From a virus (lineage: Duplodnaviria > Caudoviricetes), in the IMG/VR virus record IMGVR_UViG_3300048930_001334, positions 1 through 57,759 of that record: a stretch of 57,759 bases of DNA, one strand, 5' to 3'. Below the pieces are notes generated by a model. That model saw nothing but the letters and a program-made list of their open reading frames with translations. It did not search any database and was not told the DNA's origin. The number at the start of each line of letters is the position of its first letter. Within the stretch, counting starts at the first letter, position 1. Shown here one piece after another: positions 38,504-47,382 of the stretch. The translations under genes and the position numbers were made by a program.

Positions 38504-38970
38504 GCGCTGGCTCCCAGCATGCGGTGGATGTCGTCGGCTCCGAATCCACGGTCTGCAATGACCGCTTTGCAATCAAGCATCCCGTGGCCGATGGCGAAGA
38601 TGGAAACGCGCTCGATCAGGCGCTCAACTGCGGCCAAGCCGGATTGAATGGATGCGCGGTGGACCTCCAGGCGGCCAAGGTGCAGCGCCAAGTCTTCGAG
38701 TGCGCCGGCCATTCCGCGGATGATCCTGATGTCCGGGTCGTCCTTGCTGATCTGGTGCAGCTGGCAAGCCCTGGCCACGGAGAAAAGCAGAATCCCGGCC
38801 TTTCGCACCAGATGCTCCGGATCGTCACCAAACAAGCTGTGAAGCTCGGCTCCCGTCTTGAGTTCGGACAGGCTGCTTCTGAGTTCACGCTCGATCTCGG
38901 CCTCTTGCTGCTTGACTACCCACGGGTTGCGCGGGTCCGGTCCTTTGATGTGCTGGCGCTTCTTCTTCAT
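38500..38970 (-). CDS. Hypothetical protein
   Basis: ATG 38970 coupled to the upstream stop; 156 aa helical. Confidence 0.6.
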   Translation of the reverse strand: MKKKRQHIKGPDPRNPWVVKQQEAEIERELRSSLSELKTGAELHSLFGDDPEHLVRKAGILLFSVARACQLHQISKDDPDIRIIRGMAGALEDLALHLGRLEVHRASIQSGLAAVERLIERVSIFAIGHGMLDCKAVIADRGFGADDIHRMLGASA

Positions 38971-39494
38971 CAGCGCGCCCCCAGGCCGGCAAACGGATTC
39001 GCCAGCGAGATCATGGATGCCATGTTCCCGGTCCGGCACTTGCTGGCCGTCTGCTGACTGATCCCCAGACGCTTGGCAACGGCCTTCCCGGTTTCTGGCG
39101 ACGAGATGATCTCGATGTACGTCTCAGGCGTGACACTGGAGCGCGCGGCTCCGATGCGACGGTTTGCCAGCAGCTTTGCCGGGTTGTTCTTGTAGATGCC
39201 GCTGTCTGCCATGTGCTGGCCCCACTCGGCTTTTGTGCCCTGCTTGACGTGCTCGGGATTGATGCAGTGCTGGCAGGGGCAGGTGCCGTAGATCACATGA
39301 CCGTCAGTAACGGGCGTCTGGTTCGTTGCGTACCAGACGGCCCGCTTACCCGGGACGCAGGCCATGGCGCCCTTGTTGTAGTCGAACGTCCAGACTCTGG
39401 CCTGTCCGTCACGGGTCACAGCGCCTTTGAACAGCCAGCATCCGGTGATTTCGTGGATCACGCAGCGGCCCTTGATTTCTTCGATGGTCTTCAT
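38970..39494 (-). CDS. HNH-like zinc-loop protein with C-terminal HTH
   Basis: TGCWLFKG...TCPCQHCINPEHV...AVAKRLGISQQTAS. Confidence 0.65.
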   Translation of the reverse strand: MKTIEEIKGRCVIHEITGCWLFKGAVTRDGQARVWTFDYNKGAMACVPGKRAVWYATNQTPVTDGHVIYGTCPCQHCINPEHVKQGTKAEWGQHMADSGIYKNNPAKLLANRRIGAARSSVTPETYIEIISSPETGKAVAKRLGISQQTASKCRTGNMASMISLANPFAGLGAR

Positions 39495-39700
39495 GCTTTC
39501 TTCTGGTGTGTGCAGCCGGCGCAGCCGGGATCGTTGGGATTCAGGCGGGTGAACTGGCAGTCCGTGGTGTTTCGGTACGGGATCTGCACGATGCGCGGCA
39601 GGCGGGTGCCGGCCTCGGGCTTGCTCATTGGGTGGTAGCCGTCCTGGGCGTGGTGCCAGGGCTTGAAGGGCTGGCGGTTGTGGCAGCCGTGGTGCTTCAT
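39491..39700 (-). CDS. Small Cys-rich hypothetical protein
   Basis: GCHNR...TDCQF...GCAGC; ATGA overlaps. Confidence 0.6.
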   Translation of the reverse strand: MKHHGCHNRQPFKPWHHAQDGYHPMSKPEAGTRLPRIVQIPYRNTTDCQFTRLNPNDPGCAGCTHQKKA

Positions 39701-40200
39701 TTCTTCCCCATCAACAGGTTGAGCGCCCAATCGGCGGCCTTGCGGAATCGCGGTTTCTCTTTCGGGTCGGAAGCGATGCGCACCCACTCCTGCACCTGGC
39801 GCGCGTGGGCCGCGTCGAAGCTGGCGCGCTTCTCGGCGTCAGTCAGGTGGCTGCTCTGGTCCAGCAGGGAATGGCAGGCGAAGCAGCCCCAGACCATGTA
39901 GCAGTCGTCGGCCTTGCGCGCGCCGGCCTTGCCGTGGTCGGCCCAATTGCTGTGCGCGGCCACCGTTGTGTCGGTGCTGGGGTTCAGGCAGCGATCAGGG
40001 AACTGCAGCAGGCACTGTCGGCCATTGGCCATGTCGCGCAGCGCCTGGCTGCGGTGAACCTCGGGCTTGGGGTCAGTTATCGGAATTCCGATATCCGCTC
40101 GCGCGAAGCTGGCCGACCGGCGCAGGTGCTCCGGGATCGGGGTGTGCACGGTGCGCGTGCGCTCGATCTGCGGACGCTTGAAGCTGGAGCGGGTCAGCAT
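39697..40200 (-). CDS. DUF1364/YbcO-like putative nuclease
   Basis: ANGRQCLLQFPDRC...TTVAAHSN..HGKAG.RKADD...GCFACH. Confidence 0.75.
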   Translation of the reverse strand: MLTRSSFKRPQIERTRTVHTPIPEHLRRSASFARADIGIPITDPKPEVHRSQALRDMANGRQCLLQFPDRCLNPSTDTTVAAHSNWADHGKAGARKADDCYMVWGCFACHSLLDQSSHLTDAEKRASFDAAHARQVQEWVRIASDPKEKPRFRKAADWALNLLMGKK

Positions 40201-40787
40201 GTGGCCTCCTTCTGCTGGAAGGCAACCAGTGGCTGGAGACGGCCGTGGTAGAAGTCAGACGCCTCTGCGCGCGCCGACTCTTCCCGCTTGTAGGCTTCCC
40301 ACATCCGCAGGTTTGCCAGCCGGGCGATGTCGATGACCTGCTCGGGCTTGAGTCGGTATGCGTCTTTCGCTGGCGTTGCGCGCCGCACGACTTCTGCCAC
40401 CACTGGAGTCGCGCTGTTGCGCCGCTCGCGCATCAGGATCACACCGCTGGCCGGCGACGGCAGGCAGTCCAGCAGCTCGGGTCGCCAGATTTCCTTCGGC
40501 ATGGCGTAGTAGTGCTTCCAGACCTTCGGCGGGTGCCGGCGTGGGCAGTCGGCACCGTGCATGCCTGTCCACCCAAGGCGGTGCCACCACTTGTCCTTCT
40601 TGGCGTCGGCCTTCAAGTCGGCCCGGCTGATCTTCACCTCCACGTCGATGATGCGCAGGTCGGTGGTGACGCCCAGCACATCGCACTCGTGCCCGGTCCA
40701 GTTGCAGTTGTCCACCAACACCACGCACTTGCGGGCCAGCGTCTGCACAGCGATAGCGCGGGCGATTACCCCCTCGCTCCAGTTCAT
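40194..40787 (-). CDS. PD-(D/E)xK nuclease-like (MmcB-like) protein
   Basis: ECDVLGV...DVEVKISRADLKAD..K; ATG 40787 overlaps the upstream stop. Confidence 0.7.
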   Translation of the reverse strand: MNWSEGVIARAIAVQTLARKCVVLVDNCNWTGHECDVLGVTTDLRIIDVEVKISRADLKADAKKDKWWHRLGWTGMHGADCPRRHPPKVWKHYYAMPKEIWRPELLDCLPSPASGVILMRERRNSATPVVAEVVRRATPAKDAYRLKPEQVIDIARLANLRMWEAYKREESARAEASDFYHGRLQPLVAFQQKEATC

Positions 40788-41278
40788 GCCGCCCTCCGAG
40801 ACTTCATGGCCGACAGGTAGAACACCTCGCCGGTTTCCGGATCGACGTATTCCTCTTGGAACTCCACGCCCAGCTCGGTCGCGGCGTAGGCGGTCACGCG
40901 GTCGATGTACTCTCCGTAGCCCTTGACGCCCAGGTCTTCGGTGCTCACGCGCTGGCGGCGGCGGACCTTCTTGCCCGTCATGGGGTTCTTGACGGTCACG
41001 GTCTTGAAGCCCAGAAACTCGGCGCGGAAGTGCTCCTTCCACGTCTTCATGTCGAACTTCTGGCCGCCGGGCGCGGCCTGCCGGGCAATGGTCATCAGCA
41101 CGTAGCCGTGCAGATAGCGGCGCTGCTTGTCGGTCTTGCAGTCCTCTGCGGTGCGGACTTCGACCACCGTGCCGTGGCCGGCGATGGCTAGGGCCTTGAT
41201 CTGCTGCCACACGGAACCGGCCAGCGTCTTGTGCGCTTCGACAGGGTTGGCGCTCAGGTTGAAGGTGATTGCGGTCAT
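40784..41278 (-). CDS. NinB/Orf-like recombination accessory protein
   Basis: KTDKQRRYLHG...WKEHFRAEFL...STEDLGVKGYGEYIDRVTAYA...GVEF. Confidence 0.65.
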   Translation of the reverse strand: MTAITFNLSANPVEAHKTLAGSVWQQIKALAIAGHGTVVEVRTAEDCKTDKQRRYLHGYVLMTIARQAAPGGQKFDMKTWKEHFRAEFLGFKTVTVKNPMTGKKVRRRQRVSTEDLGVKGYGEYIDRVTAYAATELGVEFQEEYVDPETGEVFYLSAMKSRRAA

Positions 41279-41481
41279 GCAACCCCCTCGAACAGATCAA
41301 GCTGGTCCACCTCTTGGCGGGTGGCGTGGCGCTTGTAGGCGGGGCCTGGGCGCACGGCGCCGGTCTTGCGGGCGGCCAGCGGCATCAGGTTGGACTTGCG
41401 GGCGCAGACAGGGCCTACAGGCATGCCGGCGATAAGCACGGCGGCATGCGTCAGAGGCTTGGAGCAGAGGACGCACTTCAT
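41275..41481 (-). CDS. Small zinc-finger protein
   Basis: MKCVLCSKPL...VGPVCARK. Confidence 0.6.
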   Translation of the reverse strand: MKCVLCSKPLTHAAVLIAGMPVGPVCARKSNLMPLAARKTGAVRPGPAYKRHATRQEVDQLDLFEGVA

Positions 41482-42428
41482 TCGCACAACCCGTAGGCGC
41501 TTTCGCACGCCTTCGGCTCCTCTGTAATGCGAATCCAGTCCATGAGCTGGCCGCCGCGCTGGGTCTTGCTCCACTCGACAACCGCACGGATGCCGCGCTT
41601 GTTCAGGTGGGCGTCACGGTCCGGGTCGGGGAAAAAGCTGGCTTCCATCCGCTTGCTGGCCATGGCTACGGCACGCTCCCAATACTCGATACGGTCGATG
41701 TGGCCCGGGAATCGCTTGCTGATTTCCAGCACCTCGTCCTTGCCGGCATTGATGCACGGCATGCAGCCCACCCGTGTCATGCCCTGCAGGTACAGCGGGT
41801 TCGGCTTGAGGCCGTAGCAGGCGGCCGCCTCGAAAACATCGGCCGCCGTCCAGCGCAGGATGGGCCGGTAGTTCCAGATGCCGCCGCCGCGCTCGTCCAG
41901 GCTGATGACGCATGCGCCGGTGCCCTGCAGTCGGGTCCGTCGGCTGTGCGATTCGTCAATGCGAACGCCCTGCCATGAATAGACCGCCTCGCACAGGCCG
42001 CCGTCGATCAGGTCCAACTGGTACTCGGTTGCCGGCAGGGTCTTCAACTGCTCGGTGCAGAACTGCGCGCGGCGCGACTGGAACCTGCCTTTCCAGATGC
42101 ACAGGTCCAAGAACGGGTTGCCTGTGGGCACCATGGCCTTTGCGGCGCGCTCGCACGCCTCTTGCGGCACGCCCTTGAGCGGCCACTTGGTCAGGATGTA
42201 CTCACGCTGACGCGCGATCTGGGCCGAGAACTCGGCGCGCAGCGTGTCGATCTGAATGCCCAGGTGGGCGCCCATGTAGGCCACGTAGTCGTAGGTCGAT
42301 TCGTGCTCGTTTCCGGTGTCGCAGAAGATGAACCGCAGCGACTCGCGCGGCATCGTCTCCAGCGCCAGGATGGCCGTGGCGGCGCTGTCTTTGCCGCCGC
42401 TGATGCTGACAACGTGCAGGACCGTCAT
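41478..42428 (-). CDS. PAPS-reductase-family (PP-loop) protein
   Basis: SISGGKDS, FCDTGNEH, FCTEQLK, NPLY.QG.TRVGCMPC; ATG 42428. Confidence 0.88.
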   Translation of the reverse strand: MTVLHVVSISGGKDSAATAILALETMPRESLRFIFCDTGNEHESTYDYVAYMGAHLGIQIDTLRAEFSAQIARQREYILTKWPLKGVPQEACERAAKAMVPTGNPFLDLCIWKGRFQSRRAQFCTEQLKTLPATEYQLDLIDGGLCEAVYSWQGVRIDESHSRRTRLQGTGACVISLDERGGGIWNYRPILRWTAADVFEAAACYGLKPNPLYLQGMTRVGCMPCINAGKDEVLEISKRFPGHIDRIEYWERAVAMASKRMEASFFPDPDRDAHLNKRGIRAVVEWSKTQRGGQLMDWIRITEEPKACESAYGLCE

Positions 42429-42646
42429 TTGCCACCCCACTGCAGCAGAGCACCACGCAGGTACACGAGGGTGTAGGCGCCGACCAGCGCACCAAGGCCC
42501 CATGCGTTTGTCTGGTAGGCAAACCACGCCCAAGCCGGCTGGCCCATCAGGCCGATGACCGGCGCCCACTTGCGGCCGGTGGGGTGGTTGCCCATGGCCA
42601 ACCAAATCGACGTGAGGCCGAACATGGCGATGAACAGTTGTGTCAT
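42425..42646 (-). CDS. Small membrane protein
   Basis: 73 aa, three hydrophobic segments, GLMGQPAW; ATGA overlaps. Confidence 0.6.
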   Translation of the reverse strand: MTQLFIAMFGLTSIWLAMGNHPTGRKWAPVIGLMGQPAWAWFAYQTNAWGLGALVGAYTLVYLRGALLQWGGK

Positions 42647-43068
42647 GCGCGCGCTCCCCGAACCGGCCACGCCACCATGGCGGCATCGCGCTCGTGCTGG
42701 TTGCTGCGGCCAGTCCAGCCGGTCAGCTTCTTGAACTGCTCGGCGTTCAGCTTCGCACCCTTGCCCTTCGGGCTGATACCGTGTGCCACGATGCCGCGGG
42801 CGGCGCACAGGTCCACAAGCTGGGTACACCATGCGTCGATCTGCCCGACGTTGCGGGCGATCTTGCGCAGGGCGGCGGGCGAAACTCCGCGGACCCAGGT
42901 GGCGCGGGTCAGGCGCGAGTCCTCGAACACAACGCGCTCGGGCTGGATCTCATCCAGCAGGGCGGCCACGCCTTGCGGGTCGGTGGTGCGCAGAGCGGTC
43001 AACTTTCCCTTGATGAAGATGGCCACACCGGTGTGCTTTCCCGGGTCGATGCCGATGATGGTTGTCAT
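42643..43068 (-). CDS. RuvC-like Holliday junction resolvase
   Basis: IIGIDPGKHTGVA...VVFED...HERDAA. Confidence 0.75.
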   Translation of the reverse strand: MTTIIGIDPGKHTGVAIFIKGKLTALRTTDPQGVAALLDEIQPERVVFEDSRLTRATWVRGVSPAALRKIARNVGQIDAWCTQLVDLCAARGIVAHGISPKGKGAKLNAEQFKKLTGWTGRSNQHERDAAMVAWPVRGARA

Positions 43069-43114
43069 GCGCGGATCTCGTATGTGGGGAACAGGTAGGG
43101 GACTTCTTCCCAAC

Positions 43115-43342
43115 TCAGGGGTGTTTCGTCGTGGTCTGGTCGGCGGACACCGGCGCGCATGCCGGGCCAGGTTTTGACATGGCGGCCGTCAGGCTGTCCG
43201 GCAATCCACGGAAAAGCCCAGACTCGTCGGCTTCCAGTTCCTTGGCGCGTCTCCACGCATAGGCTTTCCAGTCGGGTAGGCGGGCCAGCGAGATCAGGTG
43301 ATCCAGCTGCGCCTGGTACTCGGCTTGTCTGTCGAATGGCAT
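43115..43342 (-). CDS. Hypothetical protein
   Basis: 75 aa, starts directly after the upstream TGA; protein-like composition. An alternative frame 43065-43346 is also open. Confidence 0.5.
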   Translation of the reverse strand: MPFDRQAEYQAQLDHLISLARLPDWKAYAWRRAKELEADESGLFRGLPDSLTAAMSKPGPACAPVSADQTTTKHP

Positions 43343-43927
43343 TCATGCCGCCCTGCCAGAAGTCAGGCGCTCCATGCGGGCCAGCGCTGCCACCTCGTCG
43401 CCGCCGGCCAAGCCGATCGCACTGGCCACCAGTTGGCACAGGCCAGCCAGACCGGCACCCACACGAACCAAGCCAACATCTGCATCCAACTTGGCGCGGT
43501 AGGCTGCCATGGCCTTGGCGCGGGCCTTGGCTGTGTACGACGACTTGAGCCCTGCCGACATCTCGATGGCGCCAGGCCTGTCGAAGTGAGCGGTGCGCGG
43601 CTGCAGAGCCCGGCACAGGCCCAGAAACTCGGGCAGCGTCGGCGGGAACTTCGGGTGGTCCGTCTTGCAGCGATCGGCGGCAGAGCGCACAACGGCCGGG
43701 TCGAAGCGGGCGAGATCCGATTGCCAGATGACCATGGCCGACTTCACGCCCTTGTCCTTGCCTTCGGCGTCCACCTCGCCGGTGGCGTAGCGCGACAAGA
43801 ACAGGTTGCCGTACATGCCGTGGAACAGCATGAACAGGCTGCGCACCGCCTTCGCCGGGTCGGCTTCTGCAGGCTGGGCGCGGTTGATGTCGGCGCGCGC
43901 GATCGCTGCGCTGATGTGCTCAGACAT
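43343..43927 (-). CDS. Replication protein P-like (helicase loader)
   Basis: Follows the initiator; LFMLFHGMYGNLF...W...KFPPTLPEFLGLC. Confidence 0.65.
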   Translation of the reverse strand: MSEHISAAIARADINRAQPAEADPAKAVRSLFMLFHGMYGNLFLSRYATGEVDAEGKDKGVKSAMVIWQSDLARFDPAVVRSAADRCKTDHPKFPPTLPEFLGLCRALQPRTAHFDRPGAIEMSAGLKSSYTAKARAKAMAAYRAKLDADVGLVRVGAGLAGLCQLVASAIGLAGGDEVAALARMERLTSGRAA

Positions 43928-44768
43928 GGGTGGCTCCTTCAAAAATCGCGGCTGCGGCGCCGGCATGCTTGTTGTCCGTGTGTCCAGCCGTCCGCGATGC
44001 CGTAGGCAACGGGTGCGAGCGCTGGCAGATGTCCGAGCGGCACCAGTTGCGCCAGGTCGCCGGCCAATCGGCCTTGCGGGCGTCCTTGCCGGACTTTCCC
44101 CGCCAGTGGTCGCGGAACTTGTCGGCCTCCAGCCGCACGACATCGGCCGTCCAGTGCGGGTACTCGGCCAGCGCCCACTCGCCCCAGGTGCGCGGCAACT
44201 GCCAGTCGTCGGGCAGTGGGTGGGCCTTGGGATGGGCGGGCGGCTTGTCGGCTTCTGGCGTCACCACCACCGGCGAATCGGTTCGGGCCGCGTCAGCGGC
44301 ACCAAGCATGTTTCCGGTAGAGGTGTCTTCTTTCTTCTCTTCTCTACTCTTCTCTTCTCTAGGTAACGCACTGGTAACGCTGTGTGCGTTACCTTCTTGG
44401 TGGTCTTCGTCTTGTTGTGCGTTACCGGCCTTGTGGTTTGCGACACGCTTTGCCGTCTGGCAGCGTTTCTTGGCCGATGCGCCGTTGTGCTCTTCAAACT
44501 TGACGATGCGAACACCATCAGGGTGATCTGCAACCCATCCGATTTCGCACAGCGCTGCACCCAGGCCCTTGACGCCGGTTTTCTGGTCGATGCGGCGCAG
44601 GCTCAGGCCGGGCATGATCCCGTCCTCGGTGTGCTGGTCTGCCGTGGCCCAAAGCCAGTACAGACCGCCGATCACCTGGGCCTCTCCGCAGTCGCACAGG
44701 TCGCACAGCCTTGAAACCCGCGGGTCGTCCCACAGGTTGCCGCGCATCTTGATCCAGTCGCCGGCCAC
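43920..44768 (-). CDS. Replication initiator (O-like) with DnaT-like C-terminus
   Basis: GTG start, AGDWIKMR...GGLYWLW, EEKSREEK linker, FRDHW...DWPATWRNW. Confidence 0.8.
   Translation of the reverse strand: MAGDWIKMRGNLWDDPRVSRLCDLCDCGEAQVIGGLYWLWATADQHTEDGIMPGLSLRRIDQKTGVKGLGAALCEIGWVADHPDGVRIVKFEEHNGASAKKRCQTAKRVANHKAGNAQQDEDHQEGNAHSVTSALPREEKSREEKKEDTSTGNMLGAADAARTDSPVVVTPEADKPPAHPKAHPLPDDWQLPRTWGEWALAEYPHWTADVVRLEADKFRDHWRGKSGKDARKADWPATWRNWCRSDICQRSHPLPTASRTAGHTDNKHAGAAAAIFEGATHV
44327..44426. promoter_or_regulatory. Putative replication origin (iterons plus pyrimidine-skewed tract)
   Basis: GGTAACGC(A) at 44362 and 44373, inverted copies at 44385 and 44418, next to a TCTTC/TCT tract (44327-44360) inside the initiator gene, as in lambdoid origins. 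Confidence 0.7.
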
Positions 44769-44769
44769 G

Positions 44770-45072
44770 TCAAACCGCCTTCCACACGCGGAAACCACCC
44801 ACCACCACGTCGTTCCCCACCTCGTCCTGCATGACGCAGGCAAGGCCGGCGCGGGCCATCTCGGGCAATCGGCGATCCACCTGAACGACCTGCAGGCCAG
44901 TCATCGCAGCCAGGCCGTGGGCCGTGCGCGGGCCTTCCTTGAGCGCTTGCAGAATCCGGCCAGCGTGAGTGCTGGCGAAGCGATCTGCGTTCACCGCGGC
45001 GGCCTTGCTGGTGCCGGGGTCAGTGCGGCGGGAGCGCTGAACCGGGGTGATGTTGTCGAATACGAGGTTCAT
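44770..45072 (-). CDS. Winged-helix protein
   Basis: RSRRTDPGTS..AA...ILQAL...VDRRLPEM. Confidence 0.65.
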   Translation of the reverse strand: MNLVFDNITPVQRSRRTDPGTSKAAAVNADRFASTHAGRILQALKEGPRTAHGLAAMTGLQVVQVDRRLPEMARAGLACVMQDEVGNDVVVGGFRVWKAV

Positions 45073-45722
45073 GCGGCCTCCTTCATGGCGTTGATGGCTT
45101 CAACGGCCTGGATGCGCTCGCCGATCCAGCGGGCTACGGATAGGCATAGAGCAAGAAATTCAGCGTCCGTAAGATCACGCTTCGCACGGTTGGCGGCTGC
45201 TGTAACCCATCGAAGGTTGTTTAGTTCATGTTTGCCGCCTCGGGCTTGTGGGATGCGGTGATCCAGTTCCGCGCTTCTATCCAGACGCTCGCCTGTCAGC
45301 GCGCAGAGTCCGCGCTGATCCTTCCAAAGACGTGCAAGGTCGTAGGCAGTGATGCCGTGCATCTTCTTGGCGCGAACGTAGAAGAAACGTGCGCCGTGCC
45401 ACTCGCGGCGCTTGGCGTTGAGGCGTTCTCGGTTTTGCTGGACCCATTCCCTTTGCCGCGCTCGCGCAGCTTCTGGGTCTGATGCACGCCTCTTGGCCAT
45501 CCCATCGGCCTTTGCGCGGCGAATTTCGTCTGGTGTCCGCTTTGGCGCTCGCTCCCGCACTAGCCCCATGCCATTTGCCTTGCACTGGATGGTGCGCCGA
45601 CCACGCCCAGGAAGCATCTCCTGCAGCACGGTAAATGGCGCTGTAGCGTAGTGCTCACGCAGAATGGATTCCTCGGCATGGGTCCAACGAATGTGACGGC
45701 CAAAAGCGCGTTCAATTCCCAT
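45069..45722 (-). CDS. HNH endonuclease
   Basis: QRGLCALTG...ELDHRIPQARGGKHELNNLRWV..AANRAK. Confidence 0.85.
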   Translation of the reverse strand: MGIERAFGRHIRWTHAEESILREHYATAPFTVLQEMLPGRGRRTIQCKANGMGLVRERAPKRTPDEIRRAKADGMAKRRASDPEAARARQREWVQQNRERLNAKRREWHGARFFYVRAKKMHGITAYDLARLWKDQRGLCALTGERLDRSAELDHRIPQARGGKHELNNLRWVTAAANRAKRDLTDAEFLALCLSVARWIGERIQAVEAINAMKEAA

Positions 45723-47382
45723 GATTTACACCTTCAACCATCTGGATTCTTTGACCTATCCAGGCCGCAACAGGAACAGCCCAGCTATTTCCAAGAGCCT
45801 TGTAACGAGGTCCGTCAGGGCACTCGCTGGCGGGCTTCTTGCGCCAAGGGATGGCGGTGTAGTCGTCTGGGAAGCCCTGCAGACGCTCGCACTCCACGGG
45901 CGTGAGGCGGCGGACTTGCATGGCGGTCAGCAACGCGGGCGGCGGGCTGTTGGCGTCAAGGCAGGTTGTGCGCTCTTCAAACAGCTTGCCGGCGTTGTTG
46001 CTGCCGGTGTTGTGCAGCTTTGTGGTGTAAGCAACCGCCACCGTCGCGTTACCTTGGCTGCTGCCGGTTCCCATGCAGTGCGTAGAACCGTCTTCACTGC
46101 AGATCGGGTCTTGCGTCGGGTGAAAAGCAATCGCAGGCGCATGAGCCCCAGCCGCCAGCGGGTGGCACGGGTCTCCGGCCTTGGGTACGCTGCGGTTCGC
46201 TGCGCTGGTGATCTGGGTGGTGTCGAAGCAAACCGCCTGCACTTCGGCGCGCGCCTCCAGCGTGTACGCATGGTCAGCTTGAACGCCTACGCCATCAGGC
46301 CCACTGTTCGGGTTCGTGCGCAGCGCCCCCGCCTGGATGGCGAACGCAACAGGCTGCTGAACAACGGTCGTGCTGCTGTTATCGATATTCCCTGGTGTGC
46401 GGGCGCGCAAGCACTGCGCTACGTCGTCATAGCTGGCAACCTTGCGCACGGTCGGGTCTGTGCCGTGGATAGTCACGCCGACCGGAACCAGCGGCGTGCC
46501 GCGCCCCGTGCCGTCCTCGCTGGCGTCGAAGCCTTCGGCGCGCAGGGTGTGCGCCACATACGGCGCTTCGTGGTTGCAGTTCAGCGTCGGCGTCATGTCG
46601 GCACCGATTTCGGCACCGGCCTGACCCGTGGCTACGCAGATGGTTCCGTCGTCGCAGTCGAAGTCGGTTCCAAGGCCACCGCCTGCAGTGCTGCGGCTAG
46701 GGATGGTGGGAGCGACTTTCCGCGCTTCTCGGCTCGGCGCAGAATCCCGGCGCAGGCCGTCCCACTCAAAAAGAACCGCTGCGGGATCGAACCTGTTTCG
46801 AGCACTTGCGACAACGAACACACGGCGGCGTCGTTGGGCCACTCCGAAATATTGGGCGTCCAGGGTCCGCCATGCGATTGCGCGCGCTGGTCCATACACA
46901 GCACCAGCGTTCGACCACCGGCCCCCTGATGGCTGTAGCGGCTCATCTTCTCCGGCAAGCCCAGCCAAAAAGCACCCGAATGCGTTGTCTTTTGTGCTGA
47001 GAACACCTGGCACGTTTTCCCAGATGACGATGGACTCCGGCTTTCCTGCTCGGACTCGAACATGGTCAATTGCATCAGCAAGCTCCACAAACTTGAGGGT
47101 CAGATTCCCGCGCTCATCAGACAAAGATGCGCGAAGTCCGGCGACGCTGAACGCTTGACAAGGCGTGCCGCCGCACAGCATGTCTGGAGCCTCCACATCT
47201 CCAAGCAGAACGCGGCGGGCGATGGTTGTCATGTCGCCCAGGTTGGGGACTTCCGGGTAGTGATGAGCCAACACCGCACATGGAAACGGCTCGATCTCAG
47301 CCAGCCATGCTGCCTGCCATCCAAGCGGAGAAAACGCTACAGATGCGGCCTCAATGCCGCTGCAAACGCTGCCGAACCTCAT
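45712..47382 (-). CDS. DNA (cytosine-5) methyltransferase
   Basis: SVCSGIEA (I), GGTPCQAFS (IV), WENVPG (VI), QRRRRVF (VIII), RRLTPVECERLQGFP (IX), YKALGNS (X). Confidence 0.93.
   Translation of the reverse strand: MRFGSVCSGIEAASVAFSPLGWQAAWLAEIEPFPCAVLAHHYPEVPNLGDMTTIARRVLLGDVEAPDMLCGGTPCQAFSVAGLRASLSDERGNLTLKFVELADAIDHVRVRAGKPESIVIWENVPGVLSTKDNAFGCFLAGLAGEDEPLQPSGGRWSNAGAVYGPARAIAWRTLDAQYFGVAQRRRRVFVVASARNRFDPAAVLFEWDGLRRDSAPSREARKVAPTIPSRSTAGGGLGTDFDCDDGTICVATGQAGAEIGADMTPTLNCNHEAPYVAHTLRAEGFDASEDGTGRGTPLVPVGVTIHGTDPTVRKVASYDDVAQCLRARTPGNIDNSSTTVVQQPVAFAIQAGALRTNPNSGPDGVGVQADHAYTLEARAEVQAVCFDTTQITSAANRSVPKAGDPCHPLAAGAHAPAIAFHPTQDPICSEDGSTHCMGTGSSQGNATVAVAYTTKLHNTGSNNAGKLFEERTTCLDANSPPPALLTAMQVRRLTPVECERLQGFPDDYTAIPWRKKPASECPDGPRYKALGNSWAVPVAAWIGQRIQMVEGVNHGN
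46632..47075 (-). CDS. Nested alternative-frame ORF inside the C5-methyltransferase gene (M.EcoHK31I beta-like)
   Basis: 147-aa frame with GGAG 7 nt before ATG 47075; CSLSQVLETG.IPQRFFLS..AC.GILRRA..RGK.LP. Confidence 0.6.
   Translation of the reverse strand: MQLTMFESEQESRSPSSSGKTCQVFSAQKTTHSGAFWLGLPEKMSRYSHQGAGGRTLVLCMDQRAQSHGGPWTPNISEWPNDAAVCSLSQVLETGSIPQRFFLSGTACAGILRRAEKRGKSLPPSLAAALQAVALEPTSTATTEPSA

Noticed and set aside
14268-44843. N-terminal extensions in the ORF track (15113, 27164, 28890, 37005, 38576, 41300, 42686, 44143, 44843)
   Set aside because: They overlap real upstream genes or promoters; downstream starts with ATGA coupling or SD sequences are better supported.
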